A stretch of 30,186 nt of DNA, taken from positions 1 through 30,186 of the IMG/VR virus record IMGVR_UViG_3300045119_000083, one strand, 5' to 3'. Position numbers and translations under genes: made by a program. The first letter of the stretch is position 1, and each line of letters opens with the position of its first letter. The notes under the pieces were generated by a model that was not told the DNA's origin, did not search any database, and saw only the letters and a program-made list of their open reading frames with translations. Origin of the DNA: a virus. Lineage: Duplodnaviria > Caudoviricetes. Shown in pieces: positions 16,156-25,316 of the stretch.

Positions 16156-16575
16156 ATGGGTATGAACCTTGTTCAAACGCCTACGGGCGGCCTTGCTGTT
16201 GTTGACGATGCATCGAGCGGAAAAGGCTCAATCGTTATGTCGATGGCTGCGCAAGTCGCACGCGGCGCCACCAACACTGTTGCGCTGGGCTTTCTGCCAG
16301 CCAATGCGCAAATTGTTAGCATTCACATCCCGGTTTCGGTAGTGTCGAATGCAGCAACAACCTCGACCGTTTCTGTCGGCCTGGTCGGTGGCTCTGCTAC
16401 CGCCTTCAGCGCTGCTCAGGACGTGAAAACGGCTATCGGCAACTTCTCGCAGGCGGCTACCGCAAGCTGGGCGCCGTCTACGTCGTCGCGCGCCCTGAAT
16501 GTGACCTACACCGAAACCGGCGCCGCATCGTCTGCCGGCACCTTCGCTGTCTGCGTTAACTACATCGTCATCTGA
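16156..16575 (+). CDS. Putative capsid decoration protein
   Basis: GGAG RBS; Ala/Ser/Thr/Val-rich beta-type protein (LPANAQIV) right after the capsid gene. Confidence 0.65.
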   Translation: MGMNLVQTPTGGLAVVDDASSGKGSIVMSMAAQVARGATNTVALGFLPANAQIVSIHIPVSVVSNAATTSTVSVGLVGGSATAFSAAQDVKTAIGNFSQAATASWAPSTSSRALNVTYTETGAASSAGTFAVCVNYIVI

Positions 16576-16634
16576 CCACGGCGGGCTTCGGCCCGCTCCC
16601 AATTTTCCTAACGCTGAGAAGCGCCGGAGCAAAC

Positions 16635-16946
16635 ATGTCAAACACCTACGAAGGCGGACCGATCACAGTTCAGTCGGTCGGCTTTACAGCGGCTACCGGA
16701 GCCGCCAGCGCCCGCACGGCGATCCCGACCAACTCCGCAGGGGAAATACCTCGCTATATCCGCGTTGCTGGCATCAATGAGTGCTATGTGAAGCTTGGCA
16801 CCGTGACTGTCACGGCAACGGCAAACGACATGCTTGTCCAGCCCGCGGACAGCGCCATCATGACCACCAACGGCATGACGCACATCGCCTATATCCAGGG
16901 CACTGCTGCTGGCAAGGTCAACGTGGTTCCGCTGGAAGCATCCTGA
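16635..16946 (+). CDS. Putative virion structural protein
   Basis: GGAG RBS; beta-rich 103 aa. Confidence 0.7.
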   Translation: MSNTYEGGPITVQSVGFTAATGAASARTAIPTNSAGEIPRYIRVAGINECYVKLGTVTVTATANDMLVQPADSAIMTTNGMTHIAYIQGTAAGKVNVVPLEAS

Positions 16947-17254
16947 TGCGCTCCGTAATCGACCAAGGCGGCGGCCTAAGTACCGTCATTGCGCTGGAAG
17001 ATGGCAACCTCGTCACGGGCTCGGTGCAAGACTGCACGCCTTTTGTAGAGCGCACCAAGGCTCTCCATCGTGAGGGTATGCACGGCTCTAGTGACTTCAA
17101 GCACGCCGCGAGCTTCCCTCAGGTGCTGGTCGAGAAGTACTGCAACGTCAACGGGATCAGCTTTGGCGAGTTCCTGAAAAACCCAGTGCATTGCAAGGCG
17201 ATGCTCAATGACCCCGCGCTGAAGGATTTCCGCGTATGGGCTGGGAAAGTCTGA
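16946..17254 (+). CDS. Phage hypothetical protein
   Basis: TGATG overlap; QDCTP...HAASFP...LNDP...FRVW. Confidence 0.75.
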   Translation: MRSVIDQGGGLSTVIALEDGNLVTGSVQDCTPFVERTKALHREGMHGSSDFKHAASFPQVLVEKYCNVNGISFGEFLKNPVHCKAMLNDPALKDFRVWAGKV

Positions 17255-17255
17255 T

Positions 17256-17870
17256 ATGGCACTTGACGGCACTTACGCAGGGCTACAGGCTTCGATTGCC
17301 GCCTGGATTAACCGTACCGACCTGACGGCGGTTATTCCTGATTTCATCACGCTTGCAGAAGCCAAGATTGGCCGCGATCTGCGCCTGAGGAAACAGATCG
17401 TTTCCAGCACACTATTGACCGTCGCCAGCACCAGGGGCGTGAACCTACCAAGTGACTGGCTTCAATTTGAGAACGTATCGATTGACGGCAACCCAGAGAG
17501 GCAACTGAATTACTGCACGGTAGAGCAGCTTGACTACCAGTATCCCAACGGCGACCCGGCCGGGAAGCCTTCGCTGTTCACCATTGAGGGCGATCAAATC
17601 CTGTTTGGCCCAATGCCTGACACGGTCTATACCGTAAATATTTTTTACTACCAGAAGTTCACGGCGCTTTCTGCTGGCGCGAACTGGCTGTTCACAAATC
17701 ATCCGAACATTTATTTGAACCTGGCGATGTCCTACGCATGTCACTTCATCAAGGATGCCAAGCGCACCGCCGAATATCTGGACCTGTACGAGCGCGACAA
17801 GGATGCGCTACAACTTCAGGACGACACGGCCCAGCACAGCGGATCGTCGCTAAGGGTGCGCACGACATGA
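17256..17870 (+). CDS. Head-tail adaptor (tail tubular protein A-like)
   Basis: TYAGLQASIAAWINRTDLTAVIPDFITLAEA...LPSDWL...GPMPD. Confidence 0.8.
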   Translation: MALDGTYAGLQASIAAWINRTDLTAVIPDFITLAEAKIGRDLRLRKQIVSSTLLTVASTRGVNLPSDWLQFENVSIDGNPERQLNYCTVEQLDYQYPNGDPAGKPSLFTIEGDQILFGPMPDTVYTVNIFYYQKFTALSAGANWLFTNHPNIYLNLAMSYACHFIKDAKRTAEYLDLYERDKDALQLQDDTAQHSGSSLRVRTT

Positions 17871-19321
17871 CGCCTCTGCTGGGGTTTTCGCCGGACAGCG
17901 ATCCAAACACGCCTGGGATCATGACGGCATGCTCTGCAATTGTGCCGTTCGAGGCCGGATTTAAAGGCGCCCCTTCCGCAGTGGCAACGACAGCCGCGGC
18001 ACTGGCTGCGGCATGCAATGGGGCCGTGGTGGCGACAAAGCTGGACGGAACCCGCAGGGTGTTCGCCGGGACCATCTCAAAGCTCTATGAACTCGCAGGA
18101 ACGGCCTGGACCGACAGAAGCCGGGCAGGAAATTACAACGGCGGCACGGACACGCGGTGGTCCTTCTGCCAATTTGGTGATACGACCGTTGCATCCAATC
18201 TGGCCGACATCATGCAGTCTTCGGCAGCTGGGGCTTTTGCGGATATTGCGGGCGCCCCGAAAGCAAAGATTGTCGTTAGCAGCAATAACAACTTCGTTAT
18301 TGCGTTTAACACGGTAGACGGTACTTATGGAACGTCTCAAGACCGCTGGTGGTGCTGTGCCCAAGGCGATCAAACCAACTGGACGCCGGCTGTTCCAACC
18401 CTGGCGACAACCGGCCGTCTGGTGGCTGTTGAAGGTCAAATCCAGGCGGCTTTGACGCTCGGTGACTACGTCATTGCGTACAAGAATCGTGCCATTTTTC
18501 TCGGGTCGTTTGTTGGCTCTCCTGTCGTGTGGCAGTGGGCACTCGTTCCAGGTGGTGAGGCAGGTGCAGTAGGGCAAGAGGCGGTGTGTGATATCGGCGG
18601 CGCTCACTTTATCGTAGGGACAGACAGTTTTTGGCTGTTTGACGGAACTCGTCCGATTCAACTCGGTAACGGCGCTGTGCGGCAGTGGTTTCTCGGCAAT
18701 TCAAGCGCGACATACCGCTATCGCACGAAGTGCATCTATGACAAGCAAAACAATTTGGTGCGGGTTTTCTTTCCGTCTACCGCATCGACAGGGGCTTGTG
18801 ATTCATGCCTTGTTTATCACGTCCTGACCAAGCAATTCGGCAGGGATGACAGGACGGTTGAAGCTCCGTTGGCCTACATCGCCCCGGGCGTGACGATTGA
18901 CGGACTTGATGCATATGCAGCAACCATAGATGCACTGCCGAACATTCCGTTCGATTCGCAATTCTGGATTGTGGGCGGTCAGGTTGCTGCTTATTTCAAC
19001 TCATCTCATCAGTTGGTTTCACTCAATGGTCCATGCGGCTCAAGCAGCATCACGACGGGCGATCTTGGGGATGACGACATTGTCTCGGACATCGAGCGAT
19101 TCCGCGTGCGGTTCACTCAATCGCCAACGACGGCATCGGCTACCGGGTTTTACAAGATGAACGAGGGCGATAGTCTCACGACCGGTCCTACCAACGCGAT
19201 CAATGACGGGAAGTTTGATGTACGCCAGTCGGGCAGGTTTCACCGAGTGCGAATCGACATGACGGGCGACCACAAAGAGACTGGTTACGACGCAAGGCTG
19301 ATAGAGGCAGGTGGACGATGA
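17867..19321 (+). CDS. Tail hub/nozzle (P22 gp10-like stabilisation protein)
   Basis: ATGA overlap; 484 aa with beta-propeller-like composition; follows the adaptor. Confidence 0.75.
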   Translation: MTPLLGFSPDSDPNTPGIMTACSAIVPFEAGFKGAPSAVATTAAALAAACNGAVVATKLDGTRRVFAGTISKLYELAGTAWTDRSRAGNYNGGTDTRWSFCQFGDTTVASNLADIMQSSAAGAFADIAGAPKAKIVVSSNNNFVIAFNTVDGTYGTSQDRWWCCAQGDQTNWTPAVPTLATTGRLVAVEGQIQAALTLGDYVIAYKNRAIFLGSFVGSPVVWQWALVPGGEAGAVGQEAVCDIGGAHFIVGTDSFWLFDGTRPIQLGNGAVRQWFLGNSSATYRYRTKCIYDKQNNLVRVFFPSTASTGACDSCLVYHVLTKQFGRDDRTVEAPLAYIAPGVTIDGLDAYAATIDALPNIPFDSQFWIVGGQVAAYFNSSHQLVSLNGPCGSSSITTGDLGDDDIVSDIERFRVRFTQSPTTASATGFYKMNEGDSLTTGPTNAINDGKFDVRQSGRFHRVRIDMTGDHKETGYDARLIEAGGR

Positions 19322-19641
19322 AAAGACCCACAGACGATCCGATTCTTCCGCAGAACCCGGATACGGAATATGCCAAGAGTCTGAATATCCGTCTCAAGGA
19401 TCTTTTCCGGACGCTTTGCTTGCGTGTCAATGGAATTTCTGATGGACGGCTCAGCGCGATAGACAACGCAGTGCCTTCAGTGCCAATGACTGGAACCTAT
19501 GCGCAGGGTGATTTTGTGCGCAACAGCACTCCCACGGAAGCGGGTGCTGGCGGTAGCAAATATGTAGTTTTTGGGTGGCTATGCACTGTAGGCGGAACGC
19601 CTGGCACGTTCGTGCCATGCAGATTTTTGACAGGGAACTAG
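19318..19641 (+). CDS. Small tail protein (needle-like position)
   Basis: N-terminal helix then PMTGTYAQGDFVRN...GWLCTVGGTPGTF. Confidence 0.65.
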   Translation: MKRPTDDPILPQNPDTEYAKSLNIRLKDLFRTLCLRVNGISDGRLSAIDNAVPSVPMTGTYAQGDFVRNSTPTEAGAGGSKYVVFGWLCTVGGTPGTFVPCRFLTGN

Positions 19642-19644
19642 AAC

Positions 19645-20277
19645 ATGGCAGATAACCTCGGATTCGGAGCAGCGAGCAATCCCTATTTGGACAAGTCCAT
19701 TGCGGACTCTCTTGGGGACACAACCCGTGCCTACAACATGACCACCGCGCCGGCCTATACGTCGGCCATGGTCCGTTCCGGATCGTTTGGCAACTCTGGT
19801 GTAGACCAGATGCAGGGGGAGGCACAGCGCCAGCTCCAGACCTCTCTTGGGCGCCAGGCAAACGACATGCGCTCGAACAATTACCAGTTCGACCAGAATT
19901 TTGACCGTGGCGTCTATAACGATCAGTTTGGGCAAAACCAGCAGACCATCGCCACCGGCATGAATCTGATGAATTTTCAGAATCAGAACAATCAGCAAAA
20001 TCTCGGCTTCGGGACGCAGATCCAGAACACGCCATTGAATTATTACCAGGGCTTTGCGAACACGGCGAATGGTCTGGGCCAGGGCTATGGAACTTCTACC
20101 GGGACCGGCTCTACCTCAGGCGGAACAAGCCCGTTGACATCCGCAATTGGCGGCGCGCAGCTCGGATCATCGCTCTGGAATAGCTGGTTCCCGAGCACGG
20201 GCCAGACCAACGGAAACGGCGGCTACAACTACGGTGGCACGCCTTACAACAATCCATCGGCCTACTCGGCAGGCTGA
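19645..20277 (+). CDS. Putative DNA ejection protein
   Basis: Gln/Asn/Gly-rich; NPYLD, SGSFGNSG; hydrophobic GAQLG tail. Confidence 0.7.
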   Translation: MADNLGFGAASNPYLDKSIADSLGDTTRAYNMTTAPAYTSAMVRSGSFGNSGVDQMQGEAQRQLQTSLGRQANDMRSNNYQFDQNFDRGVYNDQFGQNQQTIATGMNLMNFQNQNNQQNLGFGTQIQNTPLNYYQGFANTANGLGQGYGTSTGTGSTSGGTSPLTSAIGGAQLGSSLWNSWFPSTGQTNGNGGYNYGGTPYNNPSAYSAG

Positions 20278-20279
20278 TC

Positions 20280-20594
20280 ATGCAACTCTCAGATTTGAAA
20301 ATCCTGCACCACTTTGGCGGTGGGGTATACGCCAAGGAAATTGAAGTCCCGGCAGGGCAGATCGTGGGGAAGCACATTCACACGCATGACCACCTGTCAA
20401 TTCTCGGGCGAGGCTCCGTGATTGTTCGTATTGACGGAGAGTCGCGCCGCGTTGATGGTCCGGCCTGCATCCTGATTGAGGCGGGGAAAGCTCACTCCGT
20501 TGAATCTCTCACTGACGTGGTGTGGTTCTGCGTCCATGCCACCAAAGAAACCGACCCCGAGAAGGTCGATCACACATTAATCGAGGAGCACTGA
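20280..20594 (+). CDS. Cupin domain protein
   Basis: HHFGGGVYAKE...GKHIHTHDHLSIL...EAGKAHSVESLTDVVWFCVH. Confidence 0.85.
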   Translation: MQLSDLKILHHFGGGVYAKEIEVPAGQIVGKHIHTHDHLSILGRGSVIVRIDGESRRVDGPACILIEAGKAHSVESLTDVVWFCVHATKETDPEKVDHTLIEEH

Positions 20595-20595
20595 T

Positions 20596-21153
20596 ATGCC
20601 GCTTTCATGGATTGGCCCAGTCGCCGGGGCTGTTGGTGGACTTCTTTCTGACGGCAGCGGTAGCCAGCCTTCTCAAACGCAAACCGTATCGAAAGACCCG
20701 TGGTCGGCGGCCGATCCGTGGCTTCGTCAGCAGATCACGACGGGCCAGGGCCTGCAGGGCTATTACCAAAACAACCCTTTCAACCAGCAGCAGCAGCAGG
20801 CCTATGGGCAGTTGTCGCAGGGCAATGCCTACACAAATGCGGTGGTTCCAAGCCTTCTTAGCCAGATTAGCAACCAGCCAGGCTTTGACCGAACGAATCC
20901 CCGTGCTAAGCCTGCAGGGATCAACTTCAACGCTGGCGGGAATCTGGGTTTTGGCGGGACATCGAGCATGAACCCGGTGAACATGAACGTCACGAATAAC
21001 CCGTTTGCTAATGGCGGGATTCCGGCTCCTGCTGCCCCGGCCGCGGCTCCCGCACAGCAGGACATGCCGCTTATCCCGATCTATGATGGACAGTACGTCC
21101 TCGACTACACCCACAACCCGAACGATCCACGCCTGCAGCGAGGGGGTAACTAA
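20596..21153 (+). CDS. Putative DNA ejection (pilot) protein
   Basis: GAGGAG RBS; Gly/Ala hydrophobic N-terminus, then a Gln/Asn-rich region. Confidence 0.7.
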   Translation: MPLSWIGPVAGAVGGLLSDGSGSQPSQTQTVSKDPWSAADPWLRQQITTGQGLQGYYQNNPFNQQQQQAYGQLSQGNAYTNAVVPSLLSQISNQPGFDRTNPRAKPAGINFNAGGNLGFGGTSSMNPVNMNVTNNPFANGGIPAPAAPAAAPAQQDMPLIPIYDGQYVLDYTHNPNDPRLQRGGN

Positions 21154-22694
21154 TGGGACTCCTTGACGCACTCGGTAGCGATGATGCCCGCCTGGGCATT
21201 GGTCTGCTCGCGGCTGGTGGCTATTCGCCCACCCCAATGAGCCTCGGCCAGCGCGTGCAGATGGCAATGCAGGGCATGGATGCGCAGAAGCAAAACCAGC
21301 TCAAGACCAAGCTGATGCAATCCCAGATCGACGAGAACTCCAGCCAGAACGCGACCCGCGCCGCCGCCCTGGACAAGCAACTTCAGCTCTCCAAGATGGT
21401 GCAAACGCTTTTCGGCGGCGGCGCTGATGCTCAGCCAGCCACTTCACCGGGCGCCTTCACGCCCTCTACTGACGGGATGGGGCCGACCATGCCTCCGAGC
21501 ATGCAGGCGCCTCAGGGTCAGGGCGGAAGCCGTCTTGCGGGCATGAATATCGACCAGGTTGCCGGCCTGAAAGCCCTTGGCGGTCCCGACCTGTTCGAGG
21601 CCTACAAGTGGACAAAAGACCCGCTCCAGCTACAGCAGGGAAATACCTACGTTGACCGCACCACTGGGCAATCGAAATTCATGCCAAAGGTTGGCGAAGG
21701 CATCGCGCCGGACGCTAACGGCTTCTACGCTCCTTTGCCCGGATACGCCGCCTCTCAAGGTGTAATTGAGGGCGCCAAAACCTCCGCTACAGAGGGCGCC
21801 AAGGCCAACTATGAAATGGTTGATGTGCTTGGCCCGAATGGCGAGACACGCTCTGTTCCGAAATCGTCTGTGCTCGGCGGGCAAGGCGCGGCACCACGCC
21901 AAGCCCCCACGGCCGGCGAGGCCGACATGCGCACCGCCGTGCAGGGCGGAATGGGGGCTGATCCGCAGGCCATTCAGCGCGAGATTCAGCAGACGACGGC
22001 AGACCTCGCCAAGGTCGCCGATCCGGCCTCAAAGGCCCAACTACAGAACTATCTTGCTGACCTCCAAGCCCAGGCACAGCGCGTGCCGGTTGCTACCGCG
22101 CAGGCTCCAGGGGTTCAACGCACCCAAACGACGGCACAAAAGCTCTCCGCAGAGGCCGGTGGCAAGGTCAATGAAACCTGGCTGCGTACAAGCTACGAGC
22201 CGGTCATCGCCAGCATGGGGCCGACTGACGACATGTTGGCAGGCGTGCGCGTTGCCCGCAATGCCATCACTCAGATGGGCGGGACAGGCTGGGGAACTGA
22301 AACCAAGGCCGCCGCAGCAAACGTGTTGAATGGCCTGGGCCTTTCCACTGCGAATTCCAAGATGCTGGCGACCAGTTCGCAGGTTTTTCAGAATGCCGCT
22401 ATGGAGCGCCTGCAGTCGGTCTTGAATGCAGCAAAAGGCCCGCAGACCGAGGGCGACGCAACCCGCGCCATGAAGACCTTCGGCCAGCTTGGCAATACGA
22501 CCGAGGCGAACAACTTCATTCTCGATCTATCAGAAGCCAAGGCCCAGCGCGACAAGATGAAAGCTGCGTTCTACCAGCAAGCGCTCCCCATCGCGCAGAA
22601 GAAGGGCGACCTTGCCGAAATTGACCGCGAGTGGTCCAAGCGTGCGCCGTCGATCTTCAGCCTGCCAGGCATGACTAAATGGGGCGTCAAGTGA
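21153..22694 (+). CDS. Putative DNA ejection / internal virion protein
   Basis: MGLLD...LGIGLLAAG; Ala/Gln/Gly-rich; GPQTEGD. Confidence 0.7.
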   Translation: MGLLDALGSDDARLGIGLLAAGGYSPTPMSLGQRVQMAMQGMDAQKQNQLKTKLMQSQIDENSSQNATRAAALDKQLQLSKMVQTLFGGGADAQPATSPGAFTPSTDGMGPTMPPSMQAPQGQGGSRLAGMNIDQVAGLKALGGPDLFEAYKWTKDPLQLQQGNTYVDRTTGQSKFMPKVGEGIAPDANGFYAPLPGYAASQGVIEGAKTSATEGAKANYEMVDVLGPNGETRSVPKSSVLGGQGAAPRQAPTAGEADMRTAVQGGMGADPQAIQREIQQTTADLAKVADPASKAQLQNYLADLQAQAQRVPVATAQAPGVQRTQTTAQKLSAEAGGKVNETWLRTSYEPVIASMGPTDDMLAGVRVARNAITQMGGTGWGTETKAAAANVLNGLGLSTANSKMLATSSQVFQNAAMERLQSVLNAAKGPQTEGDATRAMKTFGQLGNTTEANNFILDLSEAKAQRDKMKAAFYQQALPIAQKKGDLAEIDREWSKRAPSIFSLPGMTKWGVK

Positions 22695-24775
22695 GCGATT
22701 ACGACACCGCTTTTGCTACCGCCGCTCAGGGCCTGGGTGGTGCTGCGCCGCCTCAAAACGAGTATGACGCGATCATGTCGGGCATCATGCCGAAGGCGGA
22801 GCAAGTTACCACGCCAGTGCAGAAGCCAAAGCAGGGCACTGGGTCAGACATCGCGGATTCTATAAACGCCGTTGGGACCGGGTACTTCAAGGGGCTTACA
22901 AGCCTGATAGGCCTTCCGGGTGACACCGCAGCGAATATCTCTGACCTGGGTAAGGCTGCTATGGGTACGCCATACACCGCAATCACGGGTAAAGCCGCGC
23001 CTGATTGGCTCATGCCCAACGACCGGAAGAATGTGTTTGGCACTGGGGCCTACATCTTGGACAAGGCAAGGCAAACCGCGCTCGGCAGATACTTTACTCA
23101 GGCCGTCAACCCAGAATATGAGGGTGGCTATCTCCAGGCTGCTGGCGGTGCGCTAAATGGCATTGTCCGGCCACAAACATTGTCTCAAGCGGCAAACCAA
23201 GGAGCCCTCTCGGTAGCCGGCACGTTGGCGGGTAAGGCCGTGGGTGATGCCACTGGAAATCCGGCTCTAGCCATCACGGCCAGCCTGCTGCCGACCGCCG
23301 CACAATATGCGGGCGCGGCCACCCTGAAGGCCGCGGTCCGAGGCGGCGAGTCTGGCCGCAAGGACATGGAGCAGCGAATCCAGGACCTGAAAGCCGCTGG
23401 CGTTGAAAACCCGACGCTTGGGCTGGCTTCCGGTAATTCGCTTGTTGGTGGCGTAGAAAACCTCCTGCAAAGCACCCCGGGAGCCGTAAAGGTGATGCGC
23501 AACGCCCGAGACAGCGCCGTGAACGGCCTGCAAGAAAAGGCGAACGCTGCGGCAGATTTGGCCTCAAAAAATCGCGGCTCGCTTGAGTCTGGCGTCGCTA
23601 TTCAAGAGGGCATCAAGTCCTTCAAGGATGCGTTTAAAGACAAACAGGCCGGGCTCTATGGGAATCTGGACGAGTTCATTCCGGGCAGTACTCCAGTCAA
23701 TGTATCTGGCACGAAGTCCACGCTTTCATCTCTCAATGCCGACATCCCTGGTGCCCCCGAACTGTCCAAGCAATTCAAGAATGCCCGAATCATGGGGATT
23801 GAGGACGCCATCATCAAGGACACGGCCGGAACCGCGCCCGGGGTGGTGACAACGACTCGCGGCGCTGGTGGGCTCATGAATCAGCCTGAGGTGGTTGTGA
23901 CTGGAAACATTCCAGGCGGCTCTTCGACAAACCTGCTGCCATTTGAGGCGGTCAAGAAAACCCGCACACTGGTGGGCAATGAGATTGCCGACAACTCGCT
24001 GGTTAGCACCGTTCCGCGCAGCAAGTGGAACGCTTTGTACGGCTCTCTATCTGGTGATATGGGCACTGCCGCAACTCAGGCAGGGCCACAAGCCACCGGG
24101 GCATTCAACCGGGCAAACGACTTCACCAGGGCCGGATTGCAGCGCCTGGACCGTGTTGCCCCATTCGCCAACCGCGATGCGCCTGAGCAGTCTTACAAGC
24201 TTCTCAACCAGACCCTTGGTGACAACGTATCGACCCTGCAGGCCGTCAAGAAGTCGCTTCCTGAAGGCGCGCGCGGCACTGTGGCAGGAACCGTTATCGA
24301 AAAGCTCGGTACGGCAAGGCCAGGAAATCAGAACGACACCGGCTCAGTCTGGAGCCCTGATACCTTCCTGACCAACTGGAACAAGATGAAGCCAGAGGCG
24401 CGGCAAGAGCTGTTCTCCGGCTTTCAGAACTCCAAGCAGGTCATGGATGACGTGTCTTCGATAGCAAAAGCCACATCCATGATGCGTGACAGCTCAAAGC
24501 TGTGGGCCAACCCATCGGGCACCAGCGCAAATCTGGCGGCGCGCGGGACGATAGGAGCTATTGCCGGGGGTGGTCTGCTGTCTGCTGGTGGGCTTCTAAA
24601 CCCGGTGGTGCCGGTGGCCGCCGCGGGTGGAATGCTTGGCGCCTATGGCGCGGCTCGCGCGGTAACAAGCCCGAGAGTTGTCAACTCTGCCGCGCAAAGA
24701 ACCTATATCGACCCGGAAATTCTCAATGCGCAAGTGAATGCGCTGATAGGTGGCGGTCTGTTAGACCAGCGCTAG
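22691..24775 (+). CDS. Large DNA ejection / internal virion protein
   Basis: GTGA overlap; 694 aa Ala/Gly-rich with NPSGT motif and hydrophobic C-terminus. Confidence 0.7.
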   Translation: MSDYDTAFATAAQGLGGAAPPQNEYDAIMSGIMPKAEQVTTPVQKPKQGTGSDIADSINAVGTGYFKGLTSLIGLPGDTAANISDLGKAAMGTPYTAITGKAAPDWLMPNDRKNVFGTGAYILDKARQTALGRYFTQAVNPEYEGGYLQAAGGALNGIVRPQTLSQAANQGALSVAGTLAGKAVGDATGNPALAITASLLPTAAQYAGAATLKAAVRGGESGRKDMEQRIQDLKAAGVENPTLGLASGNSLVGGVENLLQSTPGAVKVMRNARDSAVNGLQEKANAAADLASKNRGSLESGVAIQEGIKSFKDAFKDKQAGLYGNLDEFIPGSTPVNVSGTKSTLSSLNADIPGAPELSKQFKNARIMGIEDAIIKDTAGTAPGVVTTTRGAGGLMNQPEVVVTGNIPGGSSTNLLPFEAVKKTRTLVGNEIADNSLVSTVPRSKWNALYGSLSGDMGTAATQAGPQATGAFNRANDFTRAGLQRLDRVAPFANRDAPEQSYKLLNQTLGDNVSTLQAVKKSLPEGARGTVAGTVIEKLGTARPGNQNDTGSVWSPDTFLTNWNKMKPEARQELFSGFQNSKQVMDDVSSIAKATSMMRDSSKLWANPSGTSANLAARGTIGAIAGGGLLSAGGLLNPVVPVAAAGGMLGAYGAARAVTSPRVVNSAAQRTYIDPEILNAQVNALIGGGLLDQR

Positions 24776-24871
24776 AAACAGCGCAACGACGCAAATAACG
24801 ACCAAAACGACGGGCCACAAAACCATCAGTACGGCGATTCCGTCTTGGCTGAATTGATCTTTTTCGTGCAT
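24761..24871 (-). CDS. 36-aa single-pass membrane peptide
   Basis: AGGA RBS; MHEKDQFSQDGIAVLMVLWPVVLVVICVVALFLALV. Confidence 0.55.
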   Translation of the reverse strand: MHEKDQFSQDGIAVLMVLWPVVLVVICVVALFLALV

Positions 24872-24901
24872 GTAAGTCCTAAACCGCCCACCGAGGCGAA
24901 G

Positions 24902-24970
24902 TAAAATAGCGAGGACTAAAAGGTGCACTAACACCTATTAGTCCTCTAACCAAATCGTTAACAAGGAACG
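24902..24970 (+). promoter_or_regulatory. Promoter and structured leader of the HNH-AP2 gene
   Basis: TAAAAT -10 box; hairpin GAGGACTAAAAGGTG/CACCTATTAGTCCTC (24911-24946); TCGTT/AACGA stem around the RBS. Confidence 0.55.
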
Positions 24971-24973
24971 AAT

Positions 24974-25253
24974 ATGGCTTCAAATATTTTACGCTTAAGT
25001 CCGACACTGTTTTCAATAGCTGGAAAGCTAGTGAAAATCGATGAATCAGAGGCCCACAGATTGGTAGGCAAGGCCTGGCCACAGCAAAAGCGGTCTAAAA
25101 GGAGTTCGGAAACATAAGAATAAATGGAGCGCAACGATAACATCGGACAAAGTGATCTACCGTCTTGGTCAATACGATACCCCGGAACTCGCCCACGCCG
25201 CGTATTGCGAAGCATCTAAAAAGCTTCATGGCGAATTTTCACGACTAAATTAG
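24974..25253 (+). pseudogene. HNH-AP2 homing endonuclease remnant with the HNH domain deleted and a frameshift
   Basis: Frame 0 gives GKLVKIDESEAHRLVGKAW; the +1 frame gives SKSGLKGVRKHKNKWSATI...LGQYDTPELAHAAYCEASKKLHGEF (AP2 domain). Confidence 0.85.
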
Positions 25254-25273
25254 TTTTTAGAAACGCATACATC

Positions 25274-25298
25274 AAGGCCCGCAACAGCGGGCCTTTTT
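25274..25298 (+). terminator. Intrinsic terminator
   Basis: AAGGCCCGC-AACA-GCGGGCCTTTTT. Confidence 0.85.
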
Positions 25299-25316
25299 CA
25301 TTTCAGGAGCACCTTA

